Positions 46,718 to 53,393 of a stretch of DNA of 53,393 bases are shown here, piece after piece. Every line of letters starts with the position of its first letter. Positions within the stretch are counted from its first letter, which is position 1. The translations under genes were made by a program, and so were the position numbers. This stretch comes from a virus (lineage: Duplodnaviria; Caudoviricetes). The stretch is from IMG/VR virus record IMGVR_UViG_3300042939_000264, positions 1 through 53,393 of that record. The stretch is one strand, 5' to 3'. The notes beneath the pieces are model-generated. The model had not been told where the DNA came from. It was given only the letters and a program-made list of their open reading frames with translations, and ran no database searches.

Positions 46718-46908
46718 TCCGCTTCCCCCTGATAGGTGGTAGCGATGATCTCCGCGACTCCACGGAGGTGCTTGGCATGGCTCTGGGCTTCCTTGCCACT
46801 CTTGAGTTGGCCGAGATTGAAGACACCTTCGGCTGCTGCTGCGCTGACGAGTCGCAGGAATACCTCATCCTGCATTTTGTTCCTTACCATTTTCTGTGCT
46901 GCGTTCAT
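46714..46908 (-). CDS. Hypothetical protein
   Basis: MNAAQKMVRNKMQDEVF...; ATGA overlap. Confidence 0.5.
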   Translation of the reverse strand: MNAAQKMVRNKMQDEVFLRLVSAAAAEGVFNLGQLKSGKEAQSHAKHLRGVAEIIATTYQGEAE

Positions 46909-47048
46909 TTCTTCTTTCCCTTCTGTGTTGTTTCTGTTGTTGGCCGGAGTTTCAGTTGGAGATACTGCATGACCACCGGTGATTGACATGGACGATCTCC
47001 ACGATACTCGCGGACCTCGTATTTCTTTGCGTTGTTCATGCGGGACGA

Positions 47049-47086
47049 GAGATAGCATTTTTGTTACCTGCGTCAATACTTTTTTT
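47049..47086 (-). promoter_or_regulatory. Promoter of the recombination/SSB operon
   Basis: AAAAAAAGTA-TTGACG-N16-TATCTC; a palindrome site lies at 47096-47109 just upstream. Confidence 0.55.
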
Positions 47087-47143
47087 GTGATTGACTATCG
47101 GTAACGATAACGAGTAGCCCGCAGAGCTAGGATTCATGCGGGT

Positions 47144-50100
47144 CTAGCGGTTCGGAAGCATCCTCAAAAATTTCTTGTAGTCGCGCTGGTATTGCTTGTC
47201 CATTTCAGCAATTCGCGCATACCGCTCCTCGCTCACCTTGTCTTTAAGCCACCTCAAGAATGCCTTTCTTTCGACCTCATCCATAGGTCCGCTGCCGAGT
47301 CGGAGAGGCTGTCTGTTCCTAGCTCCAGTCGAGATGGATTGGATGGCATTTAAGCGATCAGCTTTCGGCAATCCTTTGAGATATTCCTTGGCGAAGACTG
47401 CCGCCATTTGAGGCTCGCCTCTTTGTAGGTAGGAAGCAATCTTGCGGTTGATTGGGGTTCTCTCGCTTGGCGTAACCTCAGTCGGCCTACGCATACGGAA
47501 CTCGATGCCCGCTTCCTCTGCCCAACGGCGGGAATACTTGTTAATGTTAGCCACCTCCCTGCGGAACATTTCTTCTTTCACTCCGGGGATGTCTTCTCTC
47601 CCAGTCCAGCCAGCAATGGTCTGGCCTAACTTCTGTGTGGTGCGGTATGCAGAAAGAGTGCTTTTGGTGAAGTTGTCGATGTCTCCAGCGGTAATCGTTT
47701 TCTGGTCGTAAAGATTCTGGATGAATGTGGCGGCCTCTTTCAGCACTCCGAGAGCCGGGGGATCGAGAGGATTCTTCACGCGCTCGCGGTCCTGCCAATC
47801 AAAGAAGAACTGTGCATAGTTTCCAATGAGTCCAAGCGCACCGATACCGATTAGGTTATACCACGCCCGCTCTGATGCGAGGTAGAGCGCCGCAGCTTTA
47901 TCGTCATCCTCCAACTCCTTGAGCATGTCTTCGTATTCCGGTCCTTTCATCAGAACCCCGAATAGAATGTCTCTCAAGCGGAGAAGAACTTCGCCTCCAA
48001 CATAGGCCGAGCCGAGCCACATCATTGCAGGAATCAAGGCCAACGCCCTGCCCTGCGCCTTGGTGACTGTGGTTGGAATCTGCGAAATATCTATCCTACG
48101 CTCGTCTCCAAGCTCTCGGCGAAGCGTAAGTGTGGCGCGGTATAGGGCTTGTCTTGTTGCGTCTGGCAACTGCATCGTCTCGCCTTTTCCCGTCATCGCC
48201 TTGAACAATGGCTCAAAGGTATTCTTCCAAGCCATTCGCATGACCTGTGTTGAGAACTTCTGATACTTGAATAAGAACTTGCCAATCGGATTGTCGATGA
48301 AGACTGGCACTTGGTCTACCGTATAGCTGCCTTGGGATATGTTGGCAAAGTAGCGAAGCACACGAGAAGTCTCCGGTCCCGAGCCTTGCTCTACTAACAA
48401 CTTGTCCAAATCAAATTTGTTTCTTGTTAGCCAGAACGAGGATCGGCGAGCGTAAGAACTATTTGGATTCTTTGCGTAGGCATCAATCACGGAGTTGAGG
48501 AAAGCCTTTCCGATAATATAAGACTGCGTTCTTACCATCTGCTCTACGGGAGTGAATCCTGACCACTTGAGCAAGAAGTCTGTGACCTTCTGGCCAGCTT
48601 TGGCAACCTTGCTTTCATCTATGATCACTTGATGGTCACCAACGATGTTCATCAAGTCTCTGCTGGTCACAGCCAAGAGTTGCGCGTCTAACATCTGTCT
48701 CTTCAGATCGGTTGTCATTTCACCAAGGCTCTTGATGAACGAACCAAGCGAGCCGGGTTGGCCGATCATCGCATTAAGTGTGGAGCCACCAATAAAGTTA
48801 AGGATGGCAGATGCTGGGTTACCAAGCTGCAATCCAGTTGCCCAGATATTCATCGCCGCCATTCCTTTGATGTATGGATCATTCGGGAAGTAGTTCACTA
48901 CCCGCTCCCTAACGCTCTCAATGTAGTCGCGTGTTCTTTGGTCTGTAACCTTTTCCATCTCACGATCCCAGAGCGTCTTGGATTCTTGCGTGGTCTTCTG
49001 TCCGAACTGTTCAATTCGGGAGACATGTTGCGACCACCTTGCAACATAGTCGGTCATCACCTGCATGCTGTAATCGTAGAGTTTTTCAGGAAGCGCAGCG
49101 CCACGGCCCTTCTCAATACCAGAGAAGTAGTCATTTTCGTAGGCTTCCGGTCGATATGGACGCAGGTATTTCTCTGCCTCTTCCGGTGTGGCAATCTTCT
49201 TCTCATCGAGCAACGCTTGGACAATCTCATTGTATTCCTTTGCGTATTTCACATTGTCTGTGAGTGCCCGCTGATATTCTGGCTTGAGTTGGCGGGGCCA
49301 GAAATTCGGAACCCGCCCGATCTTCCTCCACGCTTTCTTGCCTTGGTCGTATACCTTAACTCCGATATTCTGGTTCTCTGTGCCTGATACCTCGCCAAAC
49401 TTCTGCCAAGCATCTACAATTTTGATAGCCACAGGATTCATCTTGGCGCGAACTTCTTCTGTGTTGCGGCCATTCTCTTGTGCAGCGAAGAACTCTTGCA
49501 CATCCTTGTCGATCTGTTCTCGATCCTTTTTGCGCTGGGATGAATATTCGCGGAAGGATGGGAGGAGAATCTTGTTTGCGGTTTCAAGTCTGCGCCTAGC
49601 TCCCTCAAAGTAATCAGCGACAGCATTGCCCAGCTTCGTGAATCCATTTCTGCGAAGGCGATCCACGGCAGACTCAAAGAACCCGCGAAGGAAAAGGAAG
49701 TTTTTAAGGTGGCTGTCGATCTTGCGGTTGATCGGCATGTTGTCTTCTGGCCCGATGTCGATGCCATTGGCGATTGCTTGCGGCACACTCTGTCCTTCGG
49801 GTGATTCGGGTGCTGGCCCCGTAGGTTGCTCTTCCGCCGCTGGCTTCCTTGGCTCTGCGGCCATCCTTCTTATGTCCGGCGAGGTGGCGCGGAACCTCTG
49901 CGAGAGAGGGATCAACTTACCTGCATCGTCGTAGGTGAAGGGGTCGGCGGATTTGATTTGCTCTGGTTGAAAAGCAACAATCTCATCCATAGAGTCATCA
50001 ATAACTCCATCATATCCGCGAGAAGTTAACCATTGCCTAGCTTCCTTTCCGCTTAATTTATAACCCATTTCACGCAATGTTTCTGTGGTCGCGGGGTTAT

Positions 50101-53100
50101 TGAATTTCAAGTAAACTCGCATCAAGCGGCTGCTTTTTAACCATCCACTCCAAGTTCCTTTCAGGTTTTTTGTAAAATAACTTCCTTGGACTCTACCGTA
50201 TGGGCTTGTGCTTGTATCGAAAACAGTAAATTCTTTTTCCGAGGAACTACCATGAATCGCTGGTGTATCATACCCCGCCTTCTTCGCCGCCTCATCCACC
50301 ATCCTCTGGGCAGTCTCCATATCCCCGCGCTCTACCGCTGCAAGATACTCGGCATCCATCGCAGTTAGATCGTCGATTATCTTTCTAGCCCCGCCTTCAC
50401 GCGAGATAGCCTCTCCTGCCTTGTATCGGTCAAGTGCTGCGGTAAAGACCGAGATAGCGTCTCTATCGCTGATGTTGAACTTAAATCCTAGCTTGTTCAG
50501 GAATCGCTTAATAGCGTCCAGCATACTGCGCCAAGCGGGAGCCTGCTCTTCGTTAATGAACTGATCCACGAAGGCTCTGACCATCTTCTCCTCCAAGCGG
50601 ATTTCGCCTGTCTCTTTGTTGTATGCCGTCTCGACATACGCATCTAATTCGGCTCTAGCTTCGGGAGATAGCGATGCAATAAACTGATCGAATGCTGCGC
50701 GGAACTCTGGATCGCCGAAGATGTAGTGTCCGAGTTCGTGTGTAATCGTATCGCGGATGTCGTCGTTCTTATTCAGGTAAGCGAGGTTGACGATGATCTC
50801 TCCCGACTCAGGGATATATGCTGCCTTGAACTCAAAGTCTTTATCCGTGCTGTCGTTGACGATTGTAAAGCCCTCTGGGATTTCCCCACCGAACATATCG
50901 TATGCGACATCGAAGACTTCCTCGAAAGTGTATTGCTGGTCTGGAGGCGTGATTAAGATGCCTTCCGGTGTAGTGTCGATTGCTTGGCGGCGAATGTCTG
51001 GAGATGTTGGCTGCGGAATAAATCGTGCGCTATACCAATTTGAAAGATTTGGAGGTATTTCAATTGGGTCAATTGACTGAATATTTGTTAAAGGATACCC
51101 ATATTTTTTCTCGCCAGATTTAATGTCGAATTTAGATCGCTCCTCAACAAGGTGTTTGTCTTGATCTGCTCTAAATTCATTTGCATTATTGTATACAATT
51201 GGCTCTCCAATATCTGCATATCCAACTAAAGTTGCCTTACCCTTACCAGTTCTTACAATGCCAATTCGCTGACCTACATATCGACGAAGACTATCTGTAT
51301 CCCTTGTCTCAATTGTTTTTTCTCCAGAAAGAATTTGGTCAGTAAAATTCTGCGTCTTGTCGTTTATGTTAATCCCAATTGTTGGATATTGATCCGCAGC
51401 AGTCTTCCTAGCTCCCTTGCCCTTTACCTGCTTCAAATCTCTTGCCTCGACAACCTGCGTCTCGCCTGTCCTCTCGTTCTTTACAGAGTAATACTGCTCG
51501 CCTAGCTCACGCTCTGTTGCGGACTGCGGAATCACCTCTTGGATTGTGTAAGTCTGCGGAGAACGCCCTAGCTTTACGCGGCTTCCTACTGCAATCTCCG
51601 CTGGAACCTCTGGAGCAGGCGCGGCTTCTGGAGTGGGTGCGGTTGGTGCGGCGGGTTGGTAGACATACAAGTCGCCTTGCTTGGTGTAGCCTTCGGGGAG
51701 TGGGACATTATTAGATTCTACGACTACGGCAGATACTGGTTGAGGGCTTACATCTTTAATAAATCCTTCAGATTGGAACGCTGGACCTGTTCTAACTCTG
51801 CCATTTTCTACTGTGTAGAATGTTCCTTTCTGTGAAACCTTAATATCATTACCCTCTATATCCTTCCATACAACAGGATCGGCTTCTGGAGTTATTGTTT
51901 CAAAAAGTCGGGAGCGATACTTTGGCAATAACTCATTGTATCGTGCCTCATCTTTTTTAGAGAACTTAACGCCCTTCACTTTACTTTGCGCTTGTCCTCG
52001 CCTTTCCATCAAGTTCTTTAGTTCAGCGAACTCGGATTCCTCTACAGGAGCAGGCGTGATAGCGGGAGCTTCTGCTGGCGCTGGCGTTACGGGTGCGGCC
52101 TCTCCAGCGGGCGTTATCGTTTCCGATACTGGCGCGGTCGTTACTGTGGGAGCTTCTGCTGTGGGTGCAGGCTCAACTGGCGCGGCGATCTCTCTGGCGA
52201 GGCGGGCTTGCTCGGTTTCTACGGTTTCGCCAGATTGCTTCTTGAGCGTGGAAAGTTCTGTCTCTACCTTCTTAATCGCCGTTGATAGCTCTTGTCCCTC
52301 TGGAGTATTGGGATTAATGCTAGATAGCGCAGAGCGGAGGTTATCAATCGCATTCTCCTTCTTGGTAATCTCGTCCACGATAACCTTGCTAGTCGTATCG
52401 GTTGGCGATACAGTTAGCTGCCTTGCCATTTGAGTTGATTGCTTCTCGATCTTGCGCTCGGCTTGCTGCTCTGGCGTCAGCACTTCTACCGCGCCAGCCA
52501 CACCGCCAAGAATAGCGGCAGGCCCGACAGCCATGCCAACTGCTTGCGGGACACCAGCGAATGTATCGACATCTGCCCCGAGATTTTGCAATGCAATATT
52601 GGTTGCGACCTTCTCTTGCCCTTCCTGCAATGTTTCAATAGGAACCTCGCCAGCAATTCCTTTAAGCCCTCCCTTGATCACATCCTTAATTGATCGTTCG
52701 GACACTTCCTTGCCCGTTCTGGTAAGCATACGGGTGATGATTCGTTCGGCACCTGTGCTAGCTGCTGCCGCCCCCAAACCCGCAGACAAGAAGATTTGCG
52801 GCAGGTTCTCCCCAAATGTAGCCTGCGCTTCAGTCGCTTTGCTCCTAGCCTCATCTTCTGGCACACCTTGATTAATCAAGTAATCGTAGGAGCCTTGGTA
52901 GATTTCTCCTTTAGCCGTGCCCATCCCTTGCGCCGCGCCAACGCCAGCCTGCAACGCCATCATCCCCCCACGGGTCAACTGCGCTGCCTTGCCAGCCAAT
53001 CCAGCGGCCAAGTTCGGGATCATGTAGCCTGCGGTCTGCGCCAAGGTTTCAGCGGGAGCCATCTTGAATGCTTCAAGACCAGCGAGAAACTTGTCCGTCA

Positions 53101-53393
53101 ATCCTTTGCTCTCTACTTCTTGGAAGAGTCGAGAGATAGCTTGCGAATCTTGCTTGCTCTCTGCCGACAAACCTTCAGCAATGTAGTCTTCTATCCCAGC
53201 GATTGATTGAGATACTGGGTTGTCTGCGCCAAGTAGGTCTGTGAATGCGCGAATACCACCCGCTCCACCCATCAAGAACTTGCGGCCAATGTCTTCAGCG
53301 CCTTCGGCAAGCGTGGCTTCGGGTGCTGGCTCTGCTGGCTGGGTGGCAAATCCTTCTGGGATTGGCTGGCCGGAGATTGTAGATGTAATCTGC
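47144..53393 (-). CDS. Giant internal virion/DNA-ejection polyvalent protein (ASCH-like, zincin metallopeptidase and ADP-ribosyltransferase-like domains)
   Basis: Last gene of the virion operon; Gly/Ala-rich N-terminus; GEKTIETR (ASCH), THELGH (zincin) and HGS..F.VF..G.YFT..VYL..NP..GYDG..E.VAF.P.QIKS (polyvalent-protein ART) motifs. Confidence 0.8.
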   Translation of the reverse strand, partial: QITSTISGQPIPEGFATQPAEPAPEATLAEGAEDIGRKFLMGGAGGIRAFTDLLGADNPVSQSIAGIEDYIAEGLSAESKQDSQAISRLFQEVESKGLTDKFLAGLEAFKMAPAETLAQTAGYMIPNLAAGLAGKAAQLTRGGMMALQAGVGAAQGMGTAKGEIYQGSYDYLINQGVPEDEARSKATEAQATFGENLPQIFLSAGLGAAAASTGAERIITRMLTRTGKEVSERSIKDVIKGGLKGIAGEVPIETLQEGQEKVATNIALQNLGADVDTFAGVPQAVGMAVGPAAILGGVAGAVEVLTPEQQAERKIEKQSTQMARQLTVSPTDTTSKVIVDEITKKENAIDNLRSALSSINPNTPEGQELSTAIKKVETELSTLKKQSGETVETEQARLAREIAAPVEPAPTAEAPTVTTAPVSETITPAGEAAPVTPAPAEAPAITPAPVEESEFAELKNLMERRGQAQSKVKGVKFSKKDEARYNELLPKYRSRLFETITPEADPVVWKDIEGNDIKVSQKGTFYTVENGRVRTGPAFQSEGFIKDVSPQPVSAVVVESNNVPLPEGYTKQGDLYVYQPAAPTAPTPEAAPAPEVPAEIAVGSRVKLGRSPQTYTIQEVIPQSATERELGEQYYSVKNERTGETQVVEARDLKQVKGKGARKTAADQYPTIGININDKTQNFTDQILSGEKTIETRDTDSLRRYVGQRIGIVRTGKGKATLVGYADIGEPIVYNNANEFRADQDKHLVEERSKFDIKSGEKKYGYPLTNIQSIDPIEIPPNLSNWYSARFIPQPTSPDIRRQAIDTTPEGILITPPDQQYTFEEVFDVAYDMFGGEIPEGFTIVNDSTDKDFEFKAAYIPESGEIIVNLAYLNKNDDIRDTITHELGHYIFGDPEFRAAFDQFIASLSPEARAELDAYVETAYNKETGEIRLEEKMVRAFVDQFINEEQAPAWRSMLDAIKRFLNKLGFKFNISDRDAISVFTAALDRYKAGEAISREGGARKIIDDLTAMDAEYLAAVERGDMETAQRMVDEAAKKAGYDTPAIHGSSSEKEFTVFDTSTSPYGRVQGSYFTKNLKGTWSGWLKSSRLMRVYLKFNNPATTETLREMGYKLSGKEARQWLTSRGYDGVIDDSMDEIVAFQPEQIKSADPFTYDDAGKLIPLSQRFRATSPDIRRMAAEPRKPAAEEQPTGPAPESPEGQSVPQAIANGIDIGPEDNMPINRKIDSHLKNFLFLRGFFESAVDRLRRNGFTKLGNAVADYFEGARRRLETANKILLPSFREYSSQRKKDREQIDKDVQEFFAAQENGRNTEEVRAKMNPVAIKIVDAWQKFGEVSGTENQNIGVKVYDQGKKAWRKIGRVPNFWPRQLKPEYQRALTDNVKYAKEYNEIVQALLDEKKIATPEEAEKYLRPYRPEAYENDYFSGIEKGRGAALPEKLYDYSMQVMTDYVARWSQHVSRIEQFGQKTTQESKTLWDREMEKVTDQRTRDYIESVRERVVNYFPNDPYIKGMAAMNIWATGLQLGNPASAILNFIGGSTLNAMIGQPGSLGSFIKSLGEMTTDLKRQMLDAQLLAVTSRDLMNIVGDHQVIIDESKVAKAGQKVTDFLLKWSGFTPVEQMVRTQSYIIGKAFLNSVIDAYAKNPNSSYARRSSFWLTRNKFDLDKLLVEQGSGPETSRVLRYFANISQGSYTVDQVPVFIDNPIGKFLFKYQKFSTQVMRMAWKNTFEPLFKAMTGKGETMQLPDATRQALYRATLTLRRELGDERRIDISQIPTTVTKAQGRALALIPAMMWLGSAYVGGEVLLRLRDILFGVLMKGPEYEDMLKELEDDDKAAALYLASERAWYNLIGIGALGLIGNYAQFFFDWQDRERVKNPLDPPALGVLKEAATFIQNLYDQKTITAGDIDNFTKSTLSAYRTTQKLGQTIAGWTGREDIPGVKEEMFRREVANINKYSRRWAEEAGIEFRMRRPTEVTPSERTPINRKIASYLQRGEPQMAAVFAKEYLKGLPKADRLNAIQSISTGARNRQPLRLGSGPMDEVERKAFLRWLKDKVSEERYARIAEMDKQYQRDYKKFLRMLPNR
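53267..53393. repeat. Terminal direct repeat, identical to 1-127
   Basis: Exact copy of bases 1-127. Confidence 0.95.

Larger units (their letters stand above)
3247..52128. repeat. Dispersed 14-bp palindrome TATCGKNNMCGATA, 24 copies
   Basis: Starts at 3247, 5156, 7526, 9774, 10792, 12038, 14959, 18114, 21066, 23225, 25205, 26056, 28501, 29905, 30758, 34024, 35027, 39349, 40181, 41215, 42274, 45248, 47096 and 52115. Confidence 0.95.

Noticed and set aside
3247-52128. The TATCG-N4-CGATA repeats as a CRISPR array, REP elements or terminators
   Set aside because: Copies are 14 bp, kilobases apart and often in-frame within genes; there is no repeat-spacer periodicity, no U-tract and no conserved flank

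Overview
This window is an essentially complete, circularly assembled tailed-phage genome of about 53.27 kb. Bases 1-127 are repeated exactly at 53267-53393, which looks like an assembler overlap. The gene content is podovirus-like. A minus-strand virion module runs portal, scaffold, major capsid, tail fibres, lysis cassette, nozzle, adaptor, then ejection proteins, ending in a ~2126-aa polyvalent protein that crosses the contig junction. The terminase large subunit is inverted. A plus-strand replication module encodes an HTH initiator with iterons, DnaB and an Hjc-like resolvase. There is also a ~1.25-kb non-coding region followed by probable early genes, a distant TerS-like gene, an SF2 helicase and a minus-strand SSB/exonuclease block. 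I recognised no DNA/RNA polymerase, integrase, tRNA or CRISPR array. The strongest unexplained signal is a 14-bp palindrome, TATCGKNNMCGATA, which I counted by eye 24 times across the genome: 11 intergenic copies, many touching start or stop codons, and 13 inside coding sequence. Other notable items are a sulfotransferase-like plus degenerate citrate-synthase-like gene pair in the tail module, ASCH/zincin/ADP-ribosyltransferase cassettes with repeated linkers in the giant ejection protein, two promoter-proximal loop-loop RNA elements, and sigma54-like promoters before the early region. All protein calls rest on motif recognition and synteny; no database searches were run.
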